This document shows, piece by piece, positions 11,415 to 22,799 of a DNA stretch of 64,000 bases. The position numbers and the translations under genes were made by a program. The number at the start of each line of letters is the position of its first letter. Position 1 is the first letter of the stretch. The notes under the pieces are model-generated. The model saw only the letters and a list, made by a program, of their open reading frames with translations, was not told where the DNA came from and did no database searches. The stretch comes from Albugo candida (Eukaryota): contig JBDOQK010000003.1 of assembly GCA_040437565.1 (NCBI GenBank), positions 744,001-808,000 on the forward strand, written 5' to 3'.

Positions 11415-12710
11415 GGTACATGCTCCTATGCATATGTATCTGATATCAACGCTTGCGGAGATGATGGATAAAAAATGATCACGATCATTCTTGCTTGAAT
11501 AGTGAAATTTCTTCATAGCGTAACACTTCAGGAGCGAGTTGTTGCGACCACGCATCAAATGTCATGATAAGTGAGATTAATCACAGTGCTACAGCTCTAG
11601 AACAAGTATATTGCATTTTTCCTTCCGATTCAATAGAGCAAGCCGTAGTCGCCGTGCATCGCAAAAATCGTAGTTCACGACTCGTTATTTGTTCATCATT
11701 GTCGAACACGATTACGTCAATTATCAGAGCAAGCACCGCTTTGAATCGTTGCTGATATTACTCATGCACAAAAGCTCTCGTCGTCAGCTCTTCGAAATTG
11801 CTCACATGGTAAATTAGATGCACCGCTCTTAGCGACATGTGATGAGGACATATCCTAGGCTAACAAGCATGTTGGTGCTTGTCCATTCGGATAATGTTGC
11901 GATGTGAAGCGATCCTCATCTGTAGAATATAATCATAGAACGTTTAATACTGAGCGTGTTTTGGTAAAGTAGAAAAAGCAAGTTACGATAATTGAAATCA
12001 CGAGTGAGTAGATCATCCGCGCGTGCCATATCGAGCCGTGCGCTGAAAATTTGCATGGAAAGGCAAACTGAGAGTCACTGGAGTGATTTTCACAATAAAT
12101 TGAATAAATACAACGTTATAGAAGTGAGTTGATGGAGATATATTGAGCTATCATCGATTCTGTTGCTTGTGCTTGAGTTTGTTCTGCTCAGCACTTGGAT
12201 CAGGACAAAGAAGCGAAGTTTGATAATGGTTTAAGAAGCAAATTCGTCATTCGTGCGTCGTTATCTTGCGGAAAGAATTGTGCATATAGAGCGCGCCTTC
12301 ATTTAGGCCATGTATTTTGATTCATGCGATATTAACATAACTACCGCTTGTATTTTGCCAAATACGAACGAGCACTTGTATACATTGTACATCAATGCTT
12401 GCAGTTGGGACAAACGGCTCCCACGAGCTGGAAGTTGACACATGAACAAGCCAAGTGAGCACGCGGTTTCACGCAGGTCACATATGGTTGCTGTGTAGTA
12501 CAGTGGACCGGGAGAATCCACTTTGTTCTAGGCCAAGGCACGCTGAATGAAAAGGTAAAGTTCGTGCTGATCTTCGTCTTGGCACGCAGATTATTTTCCG
12601 AAATAAAAATCAACAGAAAAGATGCGGAATTAGACAGGTAAGACGAAATCATTTGATTTGCTTAAATGCATGTTCTAATGCCAATGCAAAATGGAGTAGT
12701 ATTGTGAAGC

Positions 12711-13061
12711 CTAGAGAGGCAGCAGAACATATCCAGTGGCGAAAATGCTGAAATAAATCCAGGCCATAGATGTAGACAAAGCATCAGCCGTCCCGGAATT
12801 TGGTTCAGATGCCGGTTTTTTTTCAGTCTCACCAGATTTGATTGGTTTCTTCTTCTCGAGTGCTGATGGATCCTCTTCTGGAAGTCTTTTTGGGAGAGGT
12901 TCTAATTCTGACGATTCAGAACTTGTATCCTGTGCGTTTTCCAGTTCGATCTGTGTGGTATTGAATTTCAAGTTGTCAACGTCATCATCCGAGGGTTCAG
13001 ATGCTTTTGAGAATATCGCGGTGACGCAACATATGAGTACAGCCGTCACAAAAAATTTCAT
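12711..13061 (-). CDS. Small secreted, probably GPI-anchored surface protein (116 aa)
   Basis: Signal peptide MKFFVTAVLICCVTAIFSKA, an acidic S/E/P/K-rich body, and small residues (SGTA) before the hydrophobic tail MAWIYFSIFATGYVLLPL. Confidence 0.75.
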   Translation of the reverse strand: MKFFVTAVLICCVTAIFSKASEPSDDDVDNLKFNTTQIELENAQDTSSESSELEPLPKRLPEEDPSALEKKKPIKSGETEKKPASEPNSGTADALSTSMAWIYFSIFATGYVLLPL

Positions 13062-13953
13062 GCTTCTTAATTTTTAATTATAATTGGTTGGATGTGAATT
13101 GAGGTATGAGATAATTTGTCAGCAGAATGGTGTGACACAAGAAGAAAGTCGCTAGAATATAAATTACTACCACATTTATTTCTCACAAGGTTTTATATCC
13201 ACCCATATATTAACGTATAATCATGCTGCACTATCGACACGTGTTTGTATTATACAGACTGCGAAGGTGATGAAATTTTGGAAGAAAAAGTGGGAAAATA
13301 GGGCAACGTGTGTGATAGCTACAAAGTATATGTAAAGGTCGATCTTACAGCCATAGCTTTTAGTCCTAAATTTTATACAGCGGGATCAGATTACGGCGGA
13401 TGTTTTTCCACGTATAAGAGTCAACGCAAGCTAGCCCTCAATTATGTTCTTGTGAGTAATTAAATTTGCCTCTTATGCACCATTCAGAGTCATCAATGTT
13501 TTACACCTACTGACAAGTGACCCGATCCGGAGAATGCGCACCTCACTAATTATTGCGCCACGTTGTTTCACCCTCGTGGAATTACAGCCAAAATTCATGA
13601 ATTGAACGGAGTAGCATCTACTTCAACTGTCGTCAGCTACATACCATATCGCGGGTCGTGTGCACTGCCCGTTAATACGGTATGCAGACGGAAAGTGCGG
13701 GTTGAGCGTATTTCGGAGATAGACTCTATTACGCATGAGATCTACGATGCAAACGCACTATCAATGCAGTGCAAGGAAGAGTGAGATTTAAGTACAAAGT
13801 TGACTTTGCTTGCACAAAGCTGGTGCATTTACGTGCTCCGCTGAATTGCTGCATCTACGCTCCACAAGAAGGCTAGAGTCCACATGGCTCATGTGGACTG
13901 TACTTGCATTAGAGTACCTTAGATCATACTTTCACTTCACGCCAGTCAGTGTA

Positions 13954-14787
13954 GATGGAGATAGCAGAGAGCCCAGACTCATACTCATCTGTCTATCGGA
14001 AGTGACGGTGTAAGAATCACTATACCACTAGCATTCGAACAGATGTTTGATCCAACAAATGTCCAATTCCGCACTGCTTTTCGAGTATGCCACCAATAGA
14101 TACAGTACTCTCATACAAGTAGATTTCTCTAATGTTGCAGGTTTGTGCAATCGTATCGACGACTAGTTCTACACGGTTTGTACTTCTTCAAGTGCATCAG
14201 ATTGGACAAGCACCTAACAAATAGATCGGATATTCCAGTACTAGTAATGTTTCTCAGTACTGACCTAGAGAAGTGTTGATTACTAAAGTTCGTTAGACAT
14301 GAGTTTTTTCTCTTGAAAAGNNNNNNNNNNNNNNNNNNNNNNNNNNNNNNNNNNNNNNNNNNNNNNNNNNNNNNNNNNNNNNNNNNNNNNNNNNNNNNNN
14401 NNNNNNNNNNNNNNNNNNNNGATGGAGATAGCAGAGAGCCCAGACTCATACTCATCTGTCTATCGGAAGTGACGGTGTAAGAATCACTATACCACTAGCA
14501 TTCGAACAGATGTTTGATCCAACAAATGTCCAATTCCGCACTGCTTTTCGAGTATGCCACCAATAGATACAGTACTCTCATACAAGTAGATTTCTCTAAT
14601 GTTGCAGGTTTGTGCAATCGTATCGACGACTAGTTCTACACGGTTTGTACTTCTTCAAGTGCATCAGATTGGACAAGCACCTAACAAATAGATCGGATAT
14701 TCCAGTACTAGTAATGTTTCTCAGTACTGACCTAGAGAAGTGTTGATTACTAAAGTTCGTTAGACATGAGTTTTTTCTCTTGAAAAG
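13954..14787. repeat. Gap-flanking duplication 13954-14320 = 14421-14787 (assembly overlap)
   Basis: The same 367 bp lies on both sides of a 100-N gap. Confidence 0.9.
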
Positions 14788-15577
14788 CAAGCTGATTTTG
14801 CTAGCAATGGATCCTATCGTTGTTTACTACTGTATGTAAAAATGCCAAGCGCTTCATTTAGCGCTGCAGTTCTCAATCGATAATGCAGTACATCGATGTG
14901 ACTTTGAATACCCTTATGGTCATTGAAAAATGCATCCATAAGACTCTGATTAGAGATTGTTACATGGTCACCACTAAACTCTCCAATAATGTACGGATTT
15001 TCAGCTATCAGAATTTCGTTACTCGGAACTATGTGCATCGGTCGCGACAATCATCGAGCACCTTCTAAGTCGCACTCACTACCAGTTGAAATTGATATAT
15101 TGCATCTTCAAGTTTTCGCTACTTGTCTCTAGCTGTAAGGATTCATCGTGGATGATATTTTACTCTGCAGCTACCATGTCTCAGCTGTCTGACTCTAAGT
15201 CCGCGTTTTTTAAATCTTCATGAATCGCACATTCTTGTGCGAATTTTGCTTCGTATTTGTCTTTGGACTTCCTACTCCAAACTTTCAGTTTCATTCCTAG
15301 TAGAGTGATCCGGACGGAGCGTACGCCCACCATCGTAACGGGCGGCTACTTCGTAATGGTTTATCGTCGGCTTTTCATTGTTTTGTAATTTGTCAATTGG
15401 GTGCACGCGATCGGATCATCGGTTGAAGACCAAGAAAAACTTCCGCGAGTGGTTGAAAGGCTTCCACATCATACGTTTCTGCTCCGCTTGTAGAGCATAG
15501 CTTCTCGCTCAGGCACACGATTTTTTTAGCTTACGGGTTATCACAATTGTATACTAGATTATTCGAACTTGTCTGTA

Positions 15578-17905
15578 TTATTTCATATCATTTTTTGGAG
15601 CATTCCAGGCTGCGAAACGGCTTTTTTGATTCATCATTGATTTTGCCTTTTTTGTAAACATCGTGTTGTTCCAGCTGTAATTCTGCATGATTGCTTTTGC
15701 TTGTACTACTCGACTTTTCATGTCATTGTGCGCTTCTTCCTGTGGATTCGAACCCTCCTGATCGTCACTATCTTCGCTATCATCACTTTCATACGTACGC
15801 CGGGATTCTCGATTAAATTCGGCTTTTCCCTCAACTTTTCCTGCTTTCTTGACATCTTTGCTACGGAGCGTGCCGGTCCGAATAAGTGAAGACTGATCAA
15901 GATTGACAATTGATTTGTAATGACGCTCGCGTTTATAATTTGTTGCTGATGGATTTGTTGACATACGCGTTAGTTTTTCCTGAATACGCTGGGACACACC
16001 TGCTGCCGGTTTTTCTTCTCTGATCCTGCGGACAGAAGCTTTTGTTTTGGACGGAGCCAATGGAAAATCCCACGAGTTTTCCCCGCTTTGGGCATTATAG
16101 TAATAGAAATCGCCTGGATAATGACGACTCTCCACACGTGTCCAACCTTCTGGTAGTTCTTCATTGCTCTCGGTTGTAGAGTCCGAAGAAGTCTCTGCAA
16201 AGTCTACTTGTTGCTCCATGGGTTCTTCCTCTATATGAGACTTAAAAAATCTCATTTTACGCTTGCTTTGATCAGTATTACCTTCTTTTCTACCAGCTAT
16301 AGATCGATTTTTTATATCAGATGAATGCGGAACAAGATCAACTCGTTTCGAATTTTGCTTTGTAATTTGTTTGAACTTGCCCATGCGTTGATAGATCTGG
16401 TTTTGTAGACGACTCAGCACTTCGTCACTTTCACTGTCGGCACCATCGCGACCGAGAAGCCGCACCTCTCCCTTCGAAGGTGATAAGCTGATAGTGTCAA
16501 TTTTTTTCCTCCACGCAAGTGCTTCTTCAGCTCGTTGCTCCGCCGAGTCGCGCATTCTACGCTGATACTGAGCATCTTTTTCCAACTCGTCCAATAGATA
16601 TTCTTGTTCTTTCAGTTTCTGTAGGTAACTTGACACTTCCTGCTCCAACTGTTTACTTTTCCCAACGAAATCCCTAGACTGTTCTAATTCATTAGTCAAA
16701 CTGGCGATGTGCGCATCCTTTTCTTCTAACTCTTTGATCGCTTGCTTATGCTCTTCTAAGCGCCGCTGTAAATCGCTCATTTTAGCCTCACTTCGCTTCA
16801 ATGATCGTATCACCTGATCTTTCTCCGCTAATGTTGCTTGATATTCGCTTCCACTTTCTTTCATTTCTGCCAGTTTTGCTTCTTGATTTTGATATATACT
16901 TGCTATATCTTCAAACAATGCCATCAACTGCTCGAGGTTTTGTAGTGGATTTCTTTTGTCGGTTTGAGAGGCCCTTCTGGATGTACCCGAGCCTCGAGAA
17001 GAACTACGTGCCTTTGGAGTTTTACCTTCTTCCAACCCTGTGGTCATCAGGGAATTTCTTATCGTGCGGCATTGCTTCAAGGTTATCTCAGTCTGCTGTG
17101 AAAAGTCATCCAGCATTTGACGGAAATAATCGGCCTCTTCTTGTGCACGTTCCTCTTCTTTTTCGTCCACAATTTGTTTACTTTGTGCCACTTGATCTCG
17201 CAAGTCAGCGATCATTTCGTTTGCTTTTTCTAGTTCCCCTTCTAGCACTTGTATAGATTGATCATCAACCTCACCACGCAGACGTCCTGCCACTTGCAAG
17301 GCTTCAATCCATTCACTACCCTCTTTAGGCAACGTCGGATCCAAATAAAGCTCAAAGGGCTCCACTGGTACCTCATTATCTTCTATACCATTTTTCTTTT
17401 CGGAAGATGAACAGAGCCGAAAACTATACTTACTACTCCCTTGGAATTGCTTTTTCCCAAACGTGTCCCCGACCTGTGATTTGTAATCAACTTGATCCAG
17501 ATATTCTAAATCAATGACACCACTCGGAACATCATCATCTGCTGTCTGGTAGTAATATAGATAGGTAGCCGGTCGAATGACAAAGTAATACCAGTTCCAG
17601 GTCTTTGTCCCCGGGACTTGCTGTTTCAAATATCCGGACTTGACACCTAAATTGGATAAAGTTTTGGCGTCCTGCTGAGGTGAGAACTGGATGCGTGATC
17701 GCTTACAGCCAGCACTCTTGTGATTTCGGACCGAATCGTTAATCAGAGTTCGATTACGCGTACCTTGACGTTCAGAGTCATCACGTGTCGAAGAGTGAGA
17801 GACTGATAATGATTGGCTTTGGCTGCTAGATCTGCTCGCTTGAGATCTGCGTTGGGTGGGGCGTTCTCGAATAGGACGCTTGTTTGGCGCATGCGCATTG
17901 TTCAT
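15578..17905 (-). CDS. PH domain / coiled-coil / WW domain protein (775 aa)
   Basis: PH domain: KSGYLKQQ...TWNWYYFVI...LYYY...PSGVIDL...EWIEAL. A long heptad region follows, then a WW domain: LPEGWTRVES...FYYYNAQSGENSWDFP. Confidence 0.85.
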   Translation of the reverse strand: MNNAHAPNKRPIRERPTQRRSQASRSSSQSQSLSVSHSSTRDDSERQGTRNRTLINDSVRNHKSAGCKRSRIQFSPQQDAKTLSNLGVKSGYLKQQVPGTKTWNWYYFVIRPATYLYYYQTADDDVPSGVIDLEYLDQVDYKSQVGDTFGKKQFQGSSKYSFRLCSSSEKKNGIEDNEVPVEPFELYLDPTLPKEGSEWIEALQVAGRLRGEVDDQSIQVLEGELEKANEMIADLRDQVAQSKQIVDEKEEERAQEEADYFRQMLDDFSQQTEITLKQCRTIRNSLMTTGLEEGKTPKARSSSRGSGTSRRASQTDKRNPLQNLEQLMALFEDIASIYQNQEAKLAEMKESGSEYQATLAEKDQVIRSLKRSEAKMSDLQRRLEEHKQAIKELEEKDAHIASLTNELEQSRDFVGKSKQLEQEVSSYLQKLKEQEYLLDELEKDAQYQRRMRDSAEQRAEEALAWRKKIDTISLSPSKGEVRLLGRDGADSESDEVLSRLQNQIYQRMGKFKQITKQNSKRVDLVPHSSDIKNRSIAGRKEGNTDQSKRKMRFFKSHIEEEPMEQQVDFAETSSDSTTESNEELPEGWTRVESRHYPGDFYYYNAQSGENSWDFPLAPSKTKASVRRIREEKPAAGVSQRIQEKLTRMSTNPSATNYKRERHYKSIVNLDQSSLIRTGTLRSKDVKKAGKVEGKAEFNRESRRTYESDDSEDSDDQEGSNPQEEAHNDMKSRVVQAKAIMQNYSWNNTMFTKKAKSMMNQKSRFAAWNAPKNDMK

Positions 17906-18055
17906 ATTCTGGTACGAGAAGTATCTCTCTCGATGTAATTCTTATCAATATGTGGATTCAGAATCGCTGCTGAATAGTATGCCGTTTATTCGCAATTGAG
18001 CTCCTCGTGCTCTGTTCTTATGACATATATTCGGTTTCAATGCCGCACAGCAAAA

Positions 18056-18070
18056 TTTCAACCAATCAGC
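18056..18070. promoter_or_regulatory. Extended CCAAT box upstream of the PH/WW gene
   Basis: TTTCAACCAATCAGC (reverse complement GCTGATTGGTTGAAA) lies about 150 nt upstream of the ATG at 17905. Confidence 0.4.
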
Positions 18071-18261
18071 ACTATTAGACCGACGCATCGACCAATGAAA
18101 ACAAAGTTTTTGCCTCCATCTCGGCTGAGCTGGCAAATCAACAATACAGTGTACAACCACGCACTGGATACATTCGCGCACAAGGGGTGATCAGAGAACA
18201 ATGTGTCGAGCAGGGATAAACCTAGCGTTTGATAGTAAGCACTGTATTATCGATACTTGTA

Positions 18262-18958
18262 TCAACCTAGCGAAGAGCCCACAAACACAGAGTATTCTGT
18301 TGACTGCTTGATGGGAAGCAGCCACGTCCAATCCGCACTGGTTGTTGGTAATAAGCCCAGACTGCCACATTTGTAAACTGCTAGTGCAATACTTATGCAG
18401 TTACCAAGAAAGTACAAAAGTTTAGGCTGTGTCAAATCGACACGACCATCATTAACTGTATCAAACGCTGGATATACAGGGAAAAATTGCATTAAGTCGA
18501 GTTGCAACAAGGGGTCGTAATTCGTACCGTTGTTAACATCGAATAGTGACTTTAAAGTGTTCATGACAACCATTCCAGTAACCATAATACTAAAGATGTT
18601 GATAGAGGACCCGCTCATCCACATCATGAAAGCCGTTTGTAGGAGGCTTTTGAACGGTGCCATTCCTATTTCGCTGGCACGCTGACGCACAAACTAAGTA
18701 CAAATATTCGGGAATGATGTGATGTTTAGTTTCCTACTTTCTTTTTGAGCTCGCACATACTATCCGCAGCCTTGGCGATTGTGGTCGCGGTCACCTATTG
18801 TCACGATATAAGACCATGATCATGACTCATTCGGCACTGTAGATAACCTTCTCAGATTTGATTCCTTTTGTATACCCGATTGGTTCGAGATCCGTTGTGC
18901 TATCGAACTCCTGTCCATCGCACAATTCTACCTGCCATTTTCGAGCTGCTTTACTCAT
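18262..18958 (-). CDS. EMC4: ER membrane protein complex subunit 4, spliced
   Basis: N-terminus MSKAARKWQVEL...LEPIGY, then APFKSLLQTAFMMWMSGSSINIFSIM and YKCGSLGLLPTTSADW. Confidence 0.9.
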
Positions 18959-18979
18959 TGCGTAATTTTCCTAGATTAA

Positions 18980-19149
18980 CTTACACACACACAATCAGGC
19001 TAGCCTCGGAAGCGNNNNNNNNNNNNNNNNNNNNNNNNNNNNNNNNNNNNNNNNNNNNNNNNNNNNNNNNNNNNNNNNNNNNNNNNNNNNNNNNNNNNNN
19101 NNNNNNNNNNNNNNCTTACACACACACAATCAGGCTAGCCTCGGAAGCG
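18980..19149. repeat. Gap-flanking duplication 18980-19014 = 19115-19149 (assembly overlap)
   Basis: The same 35 bp lies on both sides of a 100-N gap. Confidence 0.8.
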
Positions 19150-19241
19150 TCATCAGTTGCATATGCGTTACAATTATGAAAAATGGCTTATGAAACTTAC
19201 AGCATAGCAGGCGTAATATTAGAAGGCAAGTCAACATCATT

Positions 19242-22200
19242 ATGGCAAGTGGCGCAGTATCACGGCAAAATCCTGATCTTGATCGCATGAATGCTCCGGG
19301 TATGCATACTAATTCCGATTGCACTGCTACTATGACTGCCATGTTCTTTTCGATCCCTAGATTCTCAGAAATTTTATAGCTTACTGAATAACCTTCAGGC
19401 TCTATCGTATTTCGAAGATGAAATTTCTCGATTCCATCAATCTTCGTTCTCTCCGGGTACCTTGTTACGAAGGTTCAGTCTAAATGGGGATGGCCAGCTG
19501 GATATGAGAGAATTCATATTGGCGATGAAACGTCTGGAGATAATTGTCGATGTTGAGCGTGATATGGGAACCATTCCAGCTTCTGTTCGTGGAAGAGAAA
19601 TGTTTTTGCTTTTTTGCCCGACAAGCTCACGTAAACTAGGTGAGCTACTACTGCCTGCGATGTTCTTAAAGAGACGATTTTGAGATTGCTGTGCTTAGAT
19701 ATAGACTTTTTTTGTCGGATCATGAAAGAATGGTACCTAAAGTTGATGCAATTGCGTCAAAAGAAAGACTCGTCGATGATCACGAAACCTTTGTCACCAA
19801 AAAATACCGCAAGAACTCCTGTTTTCACACCATACGCTGTCGAAACCCCGAACCAAACTTTTCCGGATTCATTCGGAGAGCTGTTTAATGAAAAGAATTC
19901 TATCGATACAATGAGCGACGCGACAACATTATGGAAGCGAATTCGAGGGACACTTGTTCAAAATCTTGACAAATTGAGCCAGCTTTTCTTCAGAATGGAT
20001 GTCACATGTAGTGGTAGCATCAGTCTTGACGAGTTTGAACTTGCACTCACCCACATTGGAGTTCATCTTGCCACACAGGATTTAAGCAAATTTTATGCAG
20101 CTCTTTCACCCAAATTTAAAGATTTCTCATCCCACTTCTCTTCCATAAATGAGAATCAATCAGCTCAAACATTTGGGATTCGATACGCAGCTCTGCTATC
20201 CATAATACTGAATACTTCCCATCAAACTTCTACTACTAATGGCACGGCACCTTCAAGACCAACCACACCTGATACAACTCGTCCTCTACATTCAAATATG
20301 GCATTGAAGACCACCACAAGACTGTGGGATGTGCTTCAAAAGTCTATTGAAAGGCTGGAACCGATTCTGATGCGTTACATTCGGACCCATCACCGCAGTA
20401 TCTCGGCGGATACATTTCGTGATTGCTTGCTTCGTAGTGGGGTCTCGTTGAGCAACTCCGATTATGCTGGTCTTCGGGTCTTGCTTATGCCTTTCACAGA
20501 TGCAGATGATTGCATTATTATGCAGAAAATTCTGCAGGCATTAAAAAATCAAGGAAATTATGAGGATGCCGAGGTAATCGCCACTGGGATCCGCGGAATA
20601 GCCCCTTTACGCACAGGAAAGAAGACTATATTCAAGTCGGCTTCACCGTGTTCAGCAAATCCTATTGCAGCTGGAAAAACAAATGAGGAACGTAACGCTG
20701 CGGCTACTCGGACCCTTGTCAAAGTGTGCGATGAAAACCGCTGGAAGGATAACGTGCAGCAATCAATGGTAGGTTACGACTCTACAGGAACACAACAGCG
20801 AAACGATACCGTCGACGGTGACCGAGTACAATATAGTTTGGAGAAAAGGATCTTGGGACGATTAGATCAGCTACAGAAACAAAAAAGTTTTTTAAATTGC
20901 TCTATTGAGACCACATTTCCAGGGGATCGCTACGGAAGAATTACAAGTGGACAACTACGAGAGAATCTAGTACAAATTAATGTTTTAGCTCGACATGCTG
21001 AACTTGAAGCTCTATTTTGGTGTCTGGATCCACAAGGACATGGTTTTATCGTGAATCATGACTTACATAATCACTTGCGTGATATTGCTTCCGCGAAGCA
21101 ATCCCGGTTTGGAGGAAATCAACATCGATCGAAGGAAAATGAACAATTGCAAACAAACTGTACCAATTCGACGTCATCTCATGATAGTGCACCACATCTG
21201 TTGATAAATACTTCTCTTGTTCCAGAAGGCCGACAGATTGATCGGGCAGTTCAGAAGGTGCTGGAAGTACTTGTGCAGAACTATTCCGACGTGCTACAAC
21301 GCTGCTATGAGTCACATAACTCAGACGGCAACAAGGGCTCAGTCCGAGTCACAAGGAACATGCTTCTCCGCATCATATACGATCTTGGAGTACTTGGAGC
21401 ACCATCCGACCTAGAAGCTGCTGTATCTGCGATTATGGATTGTGATTATCCAGGACAGACAGAAGATGGAATTGATATACAACACTTCGAATCGAGATTA
21501 AATCTGCTAACTAGTGATCTCTTATCCCCGCGGAACCGACGTAATCATTGCTCTACGACTTCAGTATTATTGGCACCTATGGAAGATCAAAGATGGCAAA
21601 ATAGCTCTAGTGATCCTGCGTATCAAACTGGCTCACAAATACAAAGTACGAACCGGCTTGGTGAAAGCGTTTACCACACAAGACGGCGAATGAACCAGTC
21701 GCATCCTGCCACTCGATCTACGATTGAATTAACGGAACATGACCTTGATGCAAGAGATGGCAATCAGAACACGATCGATACGTCACGTCATCTCGAAACG
21801 CCAATGTCAGGCTATTGTCGGCAGCGGACGAGTCTTCTTGCAATAATATCAATCATTCAAGATATTCTCGAACGACGAGCAGAGCTGAAGTCTATTCTGA
21901 ACTATCATCGCAACACGGGTGTGAATGGCGACATACCAGTGGAAGATTTGGCAGAAATCTTTTTGTCTTCAAGACTGGGTTTGAATTTTTCAACCACCTC
22001 GACAAGTGGAATCTCCGTGCACGACTTTTTACGACTTTTGTTCTCACCGGAAGAAGGCGATAGTCAGCAACACGAGAATCGCAAAACAATCGAATTTCTG
22101 GACTTACTACGACTTATAAGTGGTCTTTATTCCAGGTTGACAAAAGAGCAAGGAGCCCTTCTTTACAAGTCGCGCGGCCAAGAAAATGACTTTGAATTGC

Positions 22201-22757
22201 CGAATCAGCCTTTAAACCGACAGAATGATTACAAAAGATCAGCACTTTATGGCTCGATACTGAATAAACTTGGCTCAAACAAGTGCCAGCTTCGAGACCT
22301 TCTTTTTCCGAGTCGGTACACAACCAATGGGTTGACATATGAGCAAAAGCAGAGTGCAGCTATCCTGCTACGTCACCAGTTTAAGGCTGTAGCGGCCACA
22401 TCGCAAGGTGTTATCAGTCTCCCATATGGAGACTATGAGAGTATCTGTACTCTTCCAAATCTGCGCAATATCTGCTATCGTCTCGGGCTGGATTTGACCC
22501 TACAAGAACTTGAATTGGTCATGAGAGAAGTTGATCCGGAACAAAGTGGATACTTCTCATCATTAAGCTTGCTCTATTTTCTCTTCCGAGTGGCTGAAAC
22601 CGCGGTACATGGACAATGTCAACAAGAAAATAGCAGGTATTCAACTTTGGACAGGGTGAAGAGCTGTGAGGACAATCGTCGCCCTGGTAGCTCTCATTCA
22701 CATAGCAGTCGTAGGAGTACCCCTCGATCAGTCACGAACTCTCTGCACAATGATTGA
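19242..22757 (+). CDS. Large multi-EF-hand protein, spliced at the 5' end
   Basis: EF-hand-like loops SLNGDGQLDMREF, DVTCSGSISLDEF, DPQGHGFI and DPEQSGYFS. Short 5' exons from ATG 19242 splice into a ~1000-codon ORF. Confidence 0.75.
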
Positions 22758-22799
22758 GATAGCAATGTGAAATATAGTCCAGTTTTTTCTAGATTATCA

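Noticed and set aside
11839-11953. Possible C/D snoRNA (GTGATGA ... CTGA) with internal stems GATGAGGA/TCCTCATC and ACAAGCA/TGCTTGT
   Set aside because: The box C would be sequestered in a stem, there is no clear terminal helix, and no rRNA antisense element is recognised.
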